Notes under the pieces: generated by a model
What the model saw: the letters and a program-made list of their open reading frames with translations, nothing else
Databases searched by the model: none
Told to the model about the DNA's origin: nothing
Made by a program: the position numbers and the translations under genes
From: Eukaryota sp. TZLM1-RC
Lineage: Eukaryota > Protista > Metamonada: BaSk clade
Assembly: GCA_040285825.1 (NCBI GenBank)
Contig: JAUPSS010000004.1
Span: 1,302,001-1,366,000, forward strand
Direction: 5' to 3'
Length of the DNA: 64,000 nucleotides
Shown: positions 24,852 through 37,193 of the stretch, one piece after another
Layout: each line of letters starts with the position of its first letter
Numbering within the stretch: position 1 is the stretch's first letter

Positions 24852-25153
24852 AGCTGGTTTTTATTGCTTTCCCATTTTCGATAAATGGAAGATTATCAGT
24901 TGAAGTAGAAACTTTTTTGGATGACTTCCAAAAAATGGTGAAAGAAAAAACAATGAAAAGATTTGATATTTTTTTTATGGCGTTCACGGATTCAATTTGC
25001 CATTATTAATAGATTACCGCGGTTTTTCAATCGAATTAGAGAAGCTTTAGCTAGACAGCAAGCAAATCAAGATTTTGTAGAGGAAATCTTGGTTTAATGA
25101 TAGTCGTCCCATTAGTTATGATTTAATTTAATCAAGTGTGCAAATTCAATAAA
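24852..25153 (+). mobile_element. 5'-truncated CRE-like family A copy
   Basis: Near-identical to the reverse complement of 28206-28507. Confidence 0.9.
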
Positions 25154-25265
25154 TATGATTTTTAAACAAAGTTTCATTTTGGATTTCATCAACCTGTGTC
25201 TGTATTGTGAATCATTCCATTCTAATACTTCAATGTCCAACTATTGAGTCAATGCACGCAGCCAC

Positions 25266-25916
25266 TTGCATTCTAGCTATTTCACGTCTTCTCCACCCGC
25301 AAAGCGCCGCCGTCAAGCTCTGCCTTCTCCATCCGATCATGTTCCTGCTTCACCCTTTTGGAGCGAGTCAGATCCATTCCCTCCCAAGGTACACGTCTCT
25401 CACTCCCGCTCCGTAGTTCCAAGTGTGCCTATCTCAACAACCTTGAACTTCGCCTCCGATTACGATTCCTCGCAATCACACTCTCACTTTCCACTTAATT
25501 TGCATCGTCCATCTCACTCATTCTTGTCTACTTCTTCATTCAATGCACTGAAATACGTCAGTGCTTGCCAATCTGATGTTAGATCGGCCGACTTATTCTC
25601 CGATCAATCGGGGCTTATGTTTGGTGTTAAGTCCATTTCTGTGGGTCCCAGCCACACACTTCTTCTCACCTATTCTGGTGAGGTTTATGCTTGGGGGTGT
25701 AATGATCATGGTCATATTCTTCATCATGGACCTGAAATAATCAAATTACCAATGAAATTACCCTTACAAGGTATTCAGAGTATATCAGCTGGTCTTTGTC
25801 ATTCATTTGCCCTATCGATTGAAGGCAAGGTATATCAATGGAGTTGGGGGACATGGGTATATGAAAATGGGAAACCTGTGCCAATCAATATGCCTTACAA
25901 CATTAAGGAACAATAA
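25266..25916 (+). pseudogene. Truncated RCC1-repeat protein
   Basis: S/P-rich N-terminus, then VKSISVGPSHTLLLTYSGEVYAWGCNDHG and ISAGLCHSFALSIEGKVYQW; only about two blades; non-ATG ORF start. Confidence 0.65.
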
Positions 25917-26482
25917 TCATACTTTATACCAATTGAATCACAAGCAAAACTTGTTGACCTGATGTAACGTGTTCATCTTACATTTTTTCATGGTAATTTC
26001 CACATGGTGAAATACTCACAGGTCAGGAAAATCAATTCAGCATATTAAACTACATTGGTTTATGGTGAACACTTTGTTAAAATCCAATGTTTTTTTAAAT
26101 AAATTGTATTTCACAAAACAAAATTTACACTTTATTGTGTAATGGCCATCTGAATTTGTTCTACAACGTATTTTGTCAGTTTGAACTATAAAATATCCTA
26201 TAAATAGATCCATTTCTACGACCACCGCCCATATTTAAATGAGAAACCGAGTCAATCAAAGGTAGACAATTTTAAAAAATTTGGTAAACATTCATTGGTT
26301 GTTACTTGGATATTTCATAAAGTGGATGTTTTTAATTGAGAGCAAATTCGATAATAAGAAAATCAATTGTTCATTATGCTTTATCCTTTTATTTTCTTTA
26401 ATTATTTCAACGCACGATTATTTACTTTTCATGGTCAGGAATCATGATATCATTTTTTCATCAATAGTTTAAACTATTTTTA

Positions 26483-27172
26483 TTTATCGAATTTGCACAC
26501 TTAATTAAATTAACTCAATACTAATGGGACGACTATCATTGAACCAAGATTTCCAATTTTTTGGTAATTTCATCATTTTTTCCTAAAAACGAACCCAAAT
26601 GACGAATAGCATCAATTGAATATAATTTGGCTTGAATTTCAATACCATCAACTATTGTGGAAACTGGAGAATTCGATAAAAAAACACATTTAAGTAAATT
26701 AAGTCGGAGACCAATTTTGGTAAATAATTCTTTAAAACATACAGTTGCTTTTTTCACAATATTTAAATCACCAATAAGCACAACATCATCCATATATGCA
26801 ATCATTTTTAGTGAAGGAAACATCTCTTGAATTTGCTGTAGAATAGGATGAATGGCCAAACAAAACAAAAGAGGCCCTAACGGATCTCCTTGCTTTACAC
26901 CACTTGATGAACTCAAAATGTTGTTACCAAAATGTAAATTAGAATATGTGCAATATGTTGATTGAAAATACGGTATTAATTCCGGAATATATTGCAATAG
27001 AGCACCATGGATACTGCGACGACTTAGTGAATTGAAAGCATTACTAAAATCCAATGACATACAAACATTGGATTCATTTTGGGGAAATAAAACATCAGTA
27101 GCAAATATCGCTGAAGACACTCCATCTGTGGTATTAATAGCATATTGAAAGGGTAATGCAATTTTTTTTGCT
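26483..27172 (-). mobile_element. Internally deleted CRE-like family A copy (RT core joined to the 3' UTR)
   Basis: ORF 26536-27120 has LDFSNAFNS, GVKQGDPLGPLLF and YMDD, then jumps to the terminal EILVQ and 3' UTR at about 26553. Confidence 0.9.
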
Positions 27173-27179
27173 TAACTTA

Positions 27180-27445
27180 ACTACCACAACAGAGGTTCCA
27201 AGAAGGATTCAATTCTATGAGACATACACATACAATATAACTGATCTCTTATAGCATCATGAACCTTGCTTCTAAAGTAATAAATTGTTTACAATTTAAG
27301 AAATGAGTAATTGTAATTTTTCAAGAACATTTACAAATTAAATTATGAGGTCAATTATCAGGCCAGATAAAGGAACGAAATCTCATATTCAGAGTCCAAG
27401 CAGCGTCGGTTAAGAGATTACCATAAACTTGAGGAATTGTTGTTA
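27180..27445 (-). mobile_element. Fragment of another RLE non-LTR family
   Basis: IPQVYGNLLTDAAWTLNMRFRSFIWPDN followed by a zinc-finger/HDAIRD region, homologous to 19430-19640. Confidence 0.6.
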
Positions 27446-27476
27446 CTATGGCAGAAGTACTGTCGTATGGTACTGT

Positions 27477-28031
27477 ATGGTAGTTATCAACTATGCGACA
27501 TTTCAAGCATCGATCAGAAGTTTTTCCTGTTGCATTTTTTCTAAAAGAAATACCACAATTGTTGCAAGTTTTGTGCTTCAATCCATTGGTAACTGGTTTT
27601 GCAACAACTTGTGGAGAATCATTTATGGGTTCTTCCTTAGACTCTTTTCTTCTAATAAATTTTCCTTTACATTTTGTTTCAGAATTTGCCACATTATTTT
27701 TTCCAACATTGGGGCATGTTCAAGCATCATGTCCTTGTTGTCGACACTTTGAGCATCTGTAGGAGCGTGGCTTTGTTTTGAACAAACATTGTTTTCATCG
27801 TAATTTTCTAAAAATTCCTGATCAGAATTTTTTTTCTCCAAAAATGAAGAGAGAAGACGAAGGGGAGGAGAGGTGGAAAGGACGTCTTGAGCATCTTGTT
27901 GACTATCGTTCTTTCTTTTGACTCCATTAGAATCAGAAACTGATTCAGACATCAACAAGAAAGAATAGAAGCAATGATCTCGGTTCAGCCAGGTTTTAAG
28001 TTAAACGGTTATATGTAGAGGAAGAAAAAAA
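27477..28031 (-). mobile_element. 5' portion of CRE-like family A (array unit C)
   Basis: Near-identical to 30982-31536. Confidence 0.9.
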
Positions 28032-28205
28032 TCAATAGTCGAAATATATTATCATCAATTTACCACATAGCGAATCGTTTATATGTTTTGTTTCAATTTT
28101 TTTGTATAAAATCATGAAAATCCAATGAAAGGTTGATTCTTTGTCACAATCACCTTGGTTTATATCTTGTCAAAATACATTGATTTCATAGTTCATATTG
28201 ATTAA

Positions 28206-31200
28206 TTTATTGAATTTGCACACTTGATTAAATTAAATCATAACTAATGGGACGACTATCATTAAACCAAGATTTCCTCTACAAAATCTTGATTTGCTTG
28301 CTGTCTAGCTAAAGCTTCTCTAATTCGATTGAAAAACCGCGGTAATCTATTAATAATGGCAAATTGAATCCGTGAACGCCATAAAAAAAATATCAAATCT
28401 TTTCATTGTTTTTTCTTTCACCATTTTTTGGAAGTCATCCAAAAAAGTTTCTGCTTCAACTGATAATCTTCCATTTATCGAAAATGGAAAAGCAATAAAA
28501 ACCAGCTGTGTATTTCTATCGATATTTGCATCTTCAATTTCTTTATCATATTTTCTATGTTTTTCTTTTGCTTTAAAATCCAGAGCAGCCACAGGATTAA
28601 GTTTTCTTCTGTGAACCAAAGTATCGTTTGCAACATTACATGAGACAAAGTCAACAATAGCTTCAGAATTATCAATCCAATCACAGTATACATCACCTCT
28701 ATCATCAGAACCAAAATTATTCAGAGAAAGTGTTTCTTTCAGCAGGGGCTCTTTGATACACGATATCCTTGCAGTTTGTGCCATATTGAAAACAGTGTCT
28801 CTAACAGCATCATGTAATGAAGAACGATAAGTTATCAATTTAGAGCAATTTAGAGCATGGCGCAAAGTGAGTTGAGGTGAATTCGAACAAATACATTTTT
28901 CTTTTGATAATAATTGGTTAATGGGGATGTTCAAATATAATCTCATTTTTGTTACAAATGCTTCATTAGTAGCACACAATCCAAATCTTCGTGGTACAAT
29001 GGTTACAAAAAGTGAAGAATCTGACACCTTGTTTTCACAAACACCCTTTTCCAATAACAATGAGTGAAGATCTTGATTTAAAACAGCCGAGCTGCAAATA
29101 TTATTATAAAGATCTTTTTCATACATTCCAGTCAATCTTTTCTGTAATGTTCGAAGAGTGTACTTCAAATTTAAAACATTTTTTTCTGGAATATTGCCAT
29201 TGATTGATTGGGGAAAACATCGACCCCATTTTTCTACATCAATTCTTGAAATTTCTTCATTTAATGCAAAAACAGTGGAACTTTGCGTTGTCATCAATAA
29301 ATCTTCCCAATCTGCAAATCTTTCGGAGAACTCAAAGATTGCATTTCTGCATCCACCAACAAAAGCACACGAGGTAAGAATAGAAGCCTTCGTCCACCCT
29401 AAACCACCATACTGTGGACTAAGGTAAGCATGATCTGGAATTTGAAACATTTTACATCCCAGTAATTGAGACAGAACTTTTGCACGTAACTCATTAAACT
29501 TTTGAGCCAAAGGTCTAGTGACGAGAGGATTTGGAGATCGAAATATATGATTAAAATTGGAACTAAAACACAGTCTTATAATGGTAAATTTGATGTGTTT
29601 TTTTATATCTAAATTCAATCATTCGGTCAATTTTGTCAGAAATTGAGTTCAACTTTTCAAACAATTTTTTGGTAATTTCATCATTATTTCCTAAAAACGA
29701 ACCCAAATGACGAATAGCATCAATTGAATATAATTTGGCTTGAATTTCAATATCATCAATTATTGTGGAAACTGGAGAATTCGATAACAAAACACATTTA
29801 AGTAAATTAAGTCGGAGACCAATTTTGGTAAATAATTCTTTAAAACATACAGTTGCTTTTTTCACAATATTTAATTCACCAATAAGCACAACATCATCCA
29901 TATATGCAATCATTTTTAGTGAAGGAAACATCTCTTGAATTTGCAGTAGAATAGGATGAATGGCCAAACAAAACAAAAGAGGTCCTAACGGATCTCCTTG
30001 CTTTACGCCACTTGATGAAATCAAAATGTTGTTACCAAAATGTAAATTAGAATATGTGCAATATGTTGATTGAAAATATGGTATTAATTCTGGCATACAT
30101 TGCAATAGAGCACCATGGATACTGCGACGACTTAGCGAATTGAAAGCATTACTAAAATCCAATGACATGCAAACATTGGATTCATTTTGACGAAATAAGA
30201 CATCAGTAGCAAAAATCGCTGAAGAGACTCCATCTGTAGTATTTATACCATATTGAAAGGGTAATAAAATCTTTTTAGCTTTTCATTGAACCTGCTTAAG
30301 CAACACGCAGAAAAAAATATTATGTAAGCTCTCAGAGACTGCAATAGGACGAACATCCATTTTTGAATTTTTGACAAGTGCAGTCAAACGAGAACTTCTT
30401 AATTCTTCTGGGTACTTGCGTTGACCAGATAATATTTGGTTGAAAAATTTGGTCAATAAACCAAGGCAATCTTCTGAAGAAATAATCGCGGCTTTTACAT
30501 GATCAATAGTAATACCAGAAAGTCCGGCAGACTTACCACGAGGTCTCTTTTTGATAACCGAAAAAACTTCTGATGGCATCAATGGATAATTTTCCCAGTA
30601 TGTGCCGTAAAAATTTTGATCCATAACAGGGTCTTCATAAGGATGAAGTATTTTCAGTTTATCTACTGTATTTTCATTGTTCGGTGCTTTGACTCCGGGA
30701 CTTAAAGCTGACAAAGCCTTGGACCATTTGTTGTCAAAGCATTTGTCTTCAAAAATTTTACTTAATTTCTCGGATGACTGATTTCTCGGTGCTATATTGG
30801 TTAAATCTTCGGAAATATTAACGAAATTTTGTTCAAAAGGAGGACAAAAAGAACCAAAAAATTCCCAAATAATATTGATAGCATACTTTCCTTTACATAA
30901 TTGATCCAAAAATCTTTGAAAAACGAAAGCAAATTCATTGCATTTGGTCGGATGAATTTCTTGAGGTATTCTTATGGGAGGATGGTAGTTATCAACTATG
31001 CGACATTTCAAGCATCGATCAGAAGTTTTTCCTGTTGCATTTTTTCTAAAAGAAATACCACAATTGTTGCAAGTTTTGTGCTTCAATCCATTGGTAACTG
31101 GTTTTGCAACAACTTGTGGAGAATCATTTATGGGTTCTTCCTTAGACTCTTTTCTTCTAATAAATTTTCCTTTACATTTTGTTTCAGAATTTGCCACATT

Positions 31201-31536
31201 ATTTTTTCCAACATTGGGGCATGTTCAAGCATCATGTCCTTGTTGTCGACACTTTGAGCATCTGTAGGAGCGTGGCTTTGTTTTGAACAAACATTGTTTT
31301 CATCGTAATTTTCTAAAAATTCCTGATCAGAATTTTTTTTCTCCAAAAATGAAGAGAGAAGACGAAGGGGAGGAGAGGTGGAAAGGACGTCTTGAGCATC
31401 TTGTTGTCTATCGTTCTTTCTTTTGACTCCATTAGAATCAGAAACTGATTCAGACATCAACAAGAAAGAATAGAAGCAATGATCTCGGTTCAGCCAGGTT
31501 TTAAGTTAAACGGTTATATGTAGAGGAAGAAAAAAA
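28206..31536 (-). mobile_element. Full-length CRE-like non-LTR retrotransposon (array unit B), frameshifted
   Basis: ATG 31457 to stop 28262 across ORFs 31128-31463, 30283-31197, 29563-30168 and 28350-29618; zinc knuckle, RT (YMDD), CCHC finger, RLE. Confidence 0.92.
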
Positions 31537-31710
31537 TCAATAGTCGAAATATATTATCATCAATTTACCACATAGCGAATCGTTTATATGTTTTGTTTCA
31601 ATTTTTTTGTATAAAATCATGAAAATCCAATGAAAGGTTGATTCTTTGTCACAATCACCTTGGTTTATATCTTGTCAAAATACATTGATTTCATAGTTCA
31701 TATTGATTAA

Positions 31711-34700
31711 TTTATTGAATTTGCACACTTGATTAAATTAAATCATAACTAATGGGACGACTATCATTAAACCAAGATTTCCTCTACAAAATCTTGATTT
31801 GCTTGCTGTCTAGCTAAAGCTTCTCTAATTCGATTGAAAAACCGCGGTAATCTATTAATAATGGCAAATTGAATCCGTGAACGCCATAAAAAAATATCAA
31901 ATCTTTTCATTGTTTTTTCTTTCACCATTTTTTGGAAGTCATCCAAAAAAGTTTCTGCTTCAACTGATAATCTTCCATTTATCGAAAATGGAAAAGCAAT
32001 AAAAACCAGCTGTGTATTTCTATCGATATTTGCATCTTCAATTTCTTTATCATATTTTCTATGTTTTTCTTTTGCTTTAAAATCCAGAGCAGCCACAGGA
32101 TTAAGTTTTCTTCTGTGAACCAAAGTATCGTTTGCAACATTACATGAGACAAAGTCAACAATAGCTTCAGAATTATCAATCCAATCACAGTATACATCAC
32201 CTCTATCATCAGAACCAAAATTATTCAGAGAAAGTGTTTCTTTCAGCAGGGGCTCTTTGATACACGATATCCTTGCAGTTTGTGCCATATTGAAAACAGT
32301 GTCTCTAACAGCATCATGTAATGAAGAACGATAAGTTATCAATTTAGAGCAATTTAGAGCATGGCGCAAAGTGAGTTGAGGTGAATTCGAACAAATACAT
32401 TTTTCTTTTGATAATAATTGGTTAATGGGGATGTTCAAATATAATCTCATTTTTGTTACAAATGCTTCATTAGTAGCACACAATCCAAATCTTCGTGGTA
32501 CAATGGTTACAAAAAGTGAAGAATCTGACACCTTGTTTTCACAAACACCCTTTTCCAATAACAATGAGTGAAGATCTTGATTTAAAACAGCCGAGCTGCA
32601 AATATTATTATAAAGATCTTTTTCATACATTCCAGTCAATTTTTTCTGTAATGTTCGAAGAGTGTACTTCAAATTTAAAACATTTTTTTCTGGAATATTG
32701 CCATTGAATGATTGGGGAAAACATCGACCCCATTTTTCTACATCAATTCTTGAAATTTCTTCATTTAATGCAAAAACAGTGGAACTTTGCGTTGTCATCA
32801 ATAAATCTTCCCAATCTGCAAATCTTTCGGAGAACTCAAAGATTGCATTTCTGCATCCACCAACAAAAGCACACGAGGTAAGAATAGAAGCCTTCGTCCA
32901 CCCTAAACCACCATACTGTGGACTAAGGTAAGCATGATCTGGAATTTGAAACATTTTACATCCCAGTAATTGAGACAGAACTTTTGCACGTAACTCATTA
33001 AACTTTTGAGCCAAAGGTCTAGTGACGAGAGGATTTGGAGATCGAAATATATGATTAAAATTGGAACTAAAACACAGTCTTATAATGGTAAATTTGATGT
33101 GTTTTTTTATATCTAAATTCATCATTCGGTCAATTTTGTCAGAAATTGAGTTCAACTTTTCAAACAATTTTTTGGTAATTTCATCATTATTTCCTAAAAA
33201 CGAACCCAAATGACGAATAGCATCAATTGAATATAATTTGGCTTGAATTTCAATATCATCAATTATTGTGGAAACTGGAGAATTCGATAACAAAACACAT
33301 TTAAGTAAATTAAGTCGGAGACCAATTTTGGTAAATAATTCTTTAAAACATACAGTTGCTTTTTTCACAATATTTAATTCACCAATAAGCACAACATCAT
33401 CCATATATGCAATCATTTTTAGTGAAGGAAACATCTCTTGAATTTGCAGTAGAATAGGATGAATGGCCAAACAAAACAAAAGAGGTCCTAACGGATCTCC
33501 TTGCTTTACGCCACTTGATGAAATCAAAATGTTGTTACCAAAATGTAAATTAGAATATGTGCAATATGTTGATTGAAAATATGGTATTAATTCTGGCATA
33601 CATTGCAATAGAGCACCATGGATACTGCGACGACTTAGGGAATTGAAAGCATTACTAAAATCCAATGACATGCAAACATTGGATTCATTTTGACGAAATA
33701 AGACATCAGTAGCAAAAATCGCTGAAGAGACTCCATCTGTAGTATTTATACCATATTGAAAGGGTAATAAAATCTTTTTAGCTTTTTCATTGAACCTGCT
33801 TAAGCAACACGCAGAAAAAAATATTATGTAAGCTCTCAGAGACTGCAATAGGACGAACATCCATTTTTGAATTTTTGACAAGTGCAGTCAAACGAGAACT
33901 TCTTAATTCTTCTGGGTACTTGCGTTGACCAGATAATATTTGGTTGAAAAATTTGGTCAATAAACCAAGGCAATCTTCTGAAGAAATAATCGCGGCTTTT
34001 ACATGATCAATAGTAATACCAGAAAGTCCGGCAGACTTACCACGAGGTCTCTTTTTGATAACCGAAAAAAACTTCTGATGGCATCAATGGATAATTTTCC
34101 CAGTATGTGCCGTAAAAATTTTGATCCATAACAGGGTCTTCATAAGGATGAAGTATTTTCAGTTTATCTACTGTATTTTCATTGTTCGGTGCTTTGACTC
34201 CGGGACTTAAAGCTGACAAAGCCTTGGACCATTTGTTGTCAAAGCATTTGTCTTCAAAAATTTTACTTAATTTCTCGGATGACTGATTTCTCGGTGCTAT
34301 ATTGGTTAAATCTTCGGAAATATTAACGAAATTTTGTTCAAAAGGAGGACAAAAGAACCAAAAAATTCCCAAATAATATTGATAGCATACTTTCCTTTAC
34401 ATAATTGATCCAAAAATCTTTGAAAAACGAAAGCAAATTCATTGCATTTGGTCGGATGAATTTCTTGAGGTATTCTTATGGGAGGATGGTAGTTATCAAC
34501 TATGCGGCATTTCAAGCAGCGATCAGAAGTTTTTCCTTTGCATTTTTTCTAAAAGAAATACCACAAGTGTTGCAAGTTTTGTGCTTCAATCGATTGCTAA
34601 CTGGTTTTGCAACAACTTGTGGAGCATTATTTATGGGTTCTACCTTAGACTCTTTCCTTCTAATAAATTTTCTTTTACATTTTGTTTCAGAATTTGCCGC

Positions 34701-35042
34701 ATCATTTTTTCCAACATTGGGGCATGTTCGAGCATTATGTCCCTGTTGTCGACACTTTGAGCATCTGTAGGAGCGTGGCTGTGTTTTTGAACAAACTTTT
34801 TTTTCATCGTGATTGTCTAAAAATTCTTGATCAGAATTTTTTTTGTCCAAAAATGAAGAGAGAAGAGGTTGAGGAGGAGAGGTGGAAAGGACGTCTTGAG
34901 CATCTTGTTGACTATCGTTCTTTCTTTTGACTCCATTAGAATCAGAAACTGATTCAGACATCAACAAGAAAGAATAGGAGCAATGATCTCGGTTCAGCCA
35001 GGTTTTAAGTTAAACGGTTATATGTAGAGGAAGAAAAAAAAA
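31711..35042 (-). mobile_element. Full-length CRE-like non-LTR retrotransposon (array unit A), frameshifted
   Basis: ATG 34961 to stop 31767 (about 1065 aa when joined); CSKCRQQGHNARTC knuckle, C2C2 motif, RPIAV, GVKQGDPLGPLLF, YMDD, GGLG, CIC..HALNC, HDAVRD, RGD..VD, KEKHRKY; about 70-nt 5' UTR and 55-nt 3' UTR. Confidence 0.93.
31767..33881 (-). CDS. Reverse transcriptase plus restriction-like endonuclease (C-terminal part of the CRE-like ORF)
   Basis: 704-aa open frame with RT and RLE motifs. Confidence 0.9.
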   Translation of the reverse strand: MSKIQKWMFVLLQSLRAYIIFFSACCLSRFNEKAKKILLPFQYGINTTDGVSSAIFATDVLFRQNESNVCMSLDFSNAFNSLSRRSIHGALLQCMPELIPYFQSTYCTYSNLHFGNNILISSSGVKQGDPLGPLLFCLAIHPILLQIQEMFPSLKMIAYMDDVVLIGELNIVKKATVCFKELFTKIGLRLNLLKCVLLSNSPVSTIIDDIEIQAKLYSIDAIRHLGSFLGNNDEITKKLFEKLNSISDKIDRMMNLDIKKHIKFTIIRLCFSSNFNHIFRSPNPLVTRPLAQKFNELRAKVLSQLLGCKMFQIPDHAYLSPQYGGLGWTKASILTSCAFVGGCRNAIFEFSERFADWEDLLMTTQSSTVFALNEEISRIDVEKWGRCFPQSFNGNIPEKNVLNLKYTLRTLQKKLTGMYEKDLYNNICSSAVLNQDLHSLLLEKGVCENKVSDSSLFVTIVPRRFGLCATNEAFVTKMRLYLNIPINQLLSKEKCICSNSPQLTLRHALNCSKLITYRSSLHDAVRDTVFNMAQTARISCIKEPLLKETLSLNNFGSDDRGDVYCDWIDNSEAIVDFVSCNVANDTLVHRRKLNPVAALDFKAKEKHRKYDKEIEDANIDRNTQLVFIAFPFSINGRLSVEAETFLDDFQKMVKEKTMKRFDIFLWRSRIQFAIINRLPRFFNRIREALARQQANQDFVEEILV

Positions 35043-35616
35043 TTCAAATTCAAGTTCATATTTAAAATGAAATGTATGATTGTTTTGGTCTATTCATACT
35101 TCTTGAGGTACATTGGGTATTTGATAGAAATAATTGAGTCTTATAGATATGATTTAAAATAGGTATCAGCAAACAGTACAAAGTCGGTGTGTGGAAATTG
35201 TTGGAAAAAATGATTTAAGTTTCTACTATTTCAGATTGATCCTAGTTTGTGTGTCCTTACAGTTTTTATTTGGTGAAATAAAATAGAGACAGTACATTGA
35301 ACAAAAAAATTGTGGAATCGTCTAAAAGTAGACCATTAATTTGAGGAATTTGAGAATTCAAACATGATAAAGAACTGTTTTGGATATCTATTAAAAATTT
35401 GCGAAAGTTGTTGGCGCCTTTAGGCTTAAATAGAATAAGGGCAAAATAAATCAACTTTATGTCAATCATCTTTATCTTAACCCGCCTTAACTAACCCATA
35501 CATACACAGCTAGCATAATGCCTAACGGCAACAATAATTATTGGCCGTATTAGGTTATTGGTATACCGCTTACACAATTTACAGCAATCAAACAGAGGAT
35601 ATCTTCAGCAGATATC

Positions 35617-36132
35617 ATGTCAGCCTCTCCTCGCCAGGACACTGACTCTAGTCAAATTTTTTACATCGAACAGATGCAACAGTACGATAGAGATGCTTCT
35701 AGCATACATACAACATCAGTAGGGACTGAAGAGTCGAATAAAGAAGAGGACTCGGGCTCAAGACCACCCTCCGCCCCTCCTCATGAGAAAGAAATGGAAC
35801 AAGGCACGGAACCACCTCCCGCCTCTTCCATGTCCAACAAACCAGATAAGGTTTCAGGAACGGGACCACCCCCCTCCTCACCTAAAGAAAATGTTGGGTT
35901 AAGCTCAGATACTTCGTCTGCTCTAAAGGACTACGAAGAACTTCAGTCCGTCTTAGAAGAAATGGACGACGAAGAGAAAGAGCTTCGCCAACAGATAATG
36001 AAGGACGCGGAAGCCCACCTTGAACCTACAGATTACTGTTTGTTTGAGCAGCTTCCTCCTTTATGGAAGCAAATCCAAAAGAGAGGTAGGAACGTTGAAT
36101 TTCAAACACTGGAAATGAGGCTACGGGTATAG
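35617..36132 (+). CDS. Hypothetical acidic S/P-rich protein inside the non-autonomous LTR element
   Basis: 171-aa ATG-initiated ORF with a C-terminal helical segment; no recognised motif. Confidence 0.45.
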   Translation: MSASPRQDTDSSQIFYIEQMQQYDRDASSIHTTSVGTEESNKEEDSGSRPPSAPPHEKEMEQGTEPPPASSMSNKPDKVSGTGPPPSSPKENVGLSSDTSSALKDYEELQSVLEEMDDEEKELRQQIMKDAEAHLEPTDYCLFEQLPPLWKQIQKRGRNVEFQTLEMRLRV

Positions 36133-36614
36133 ACCCCTCCTCCATCAAAACGACAACAAAAAAACCGGGTTACGAGGGTTCTAGTGTAGAATCCTCCTCC
36201 CCCACTCAATGTACGAGGTTACGATTACAAACTCCACCTCCAACAATAATGATTTACAAGGGCAGATATACGGAAGTTGCTCCATCCCCCCTTCCTTTTT
36301 AAAAAAAAGTCAAGGTTAAGTAATGGGATACAGGTACAGTCATCGAGCTCACCTCTTCCAGCGAATGGGAACGACGATGTATTTTAACCCTCCCACTTTA
36401 ACAATTTTTGTAGATAGGCAGTACTTTAACAACAAATGATGCCTCTTTCAGATTTTTGAACTTTGTTACTTTGTTTACTGTTGTTTTCAGTCCATCATAG
36501 ACCCTGCATATTTATTAGCGAATCCATTATTCGATTCCATAATAACTTTACTAAACGGCACTACCACGTTACTCGTCTACGAAAAAAGGAAAAAGCAGAA
36601 CGTCATTATGTAAC

Positions 36615-36892
36615 GACTAAAGCTAATACAACAAAGTATTCAAACACATGGATCTTGGAACCAGTTCTTTTACGTTATGCTCACTCCTTTATTCTACATT
36701 ATTGTTAAAGGGATATAATACATCAACTATCAAGAAGTAAGACCCGTGTTTTTGACTAAAGCTAATACAACAAAGTATTCAAACACATGGATCTTGGAAC
36801 CAGTTCTTTTACGTTATGCTCACTCCTTTATTCTACATTATTGTTAAAGGGATATAATACATCAACTATCAAGAAGTAAGACCCGTGTTTTT
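36615..36892 (+). repeat. Perfect tandem duplication, 2 x 139 bp
   Basis: 36615-36753 equals 36754-36892. Confidence 0.95.
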
Positions 36893-37193
36893 GTGAATCC
36901 AGTGCGAAAATAATAGTAGACATCAGGAAACATTAGAATTTAGTTATTAGTATTTTGTATATTTATAGTTTAGTTATTAGTTTAAAGTTAATTAATTTTG
37001 AAAAAGGGAAGAAGTAGTGTTGGCGCCTTTAGGCTTAAATAGAATAAGGGCAAAATAAATCAACTTTATGTCAATCATCTTTATCTTAACCCGCCTTAAC
37101 TAACCCATACATACACAGCTAGCATAATGCCTAACGGCAACAAAGTGTAATTATTATTTTTGGCTGAGCCAAGACGAACATTGAAATCCACAT

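Larger units (their letters stand above)
35409..37142 (+). mobile_element. Non-autonomous LTR element (TRIM/LARD-like, LTR family 3), 1734 bp
   Basis: Identical 125-bp LTRs 35409-35533 and 37018-37142 (TGTTG..CAACA); TSD AAGT at 35405-35408 and 37143-37146; PPT GAAAAAGGGAAGAAGTAG at 37000-37017; no RT or integrase. Confidence 0.93.

Noticed and set aside
28032-28205. Array spacer as a spliced-leader or snRNA gene (AATTTTTTTG Sm-like site)
   Set aside because: Such T-runs are common at this AT content and no supporting stem-loops or splice donor were evident; kept only as a test under the array finding
34985-35002. Pol III A-box-like TGGCTGAACCG in the CRE-like 5' UTR
   Set aside because: Weak match, no B-box, and no ribozyme fold recognisable by eye
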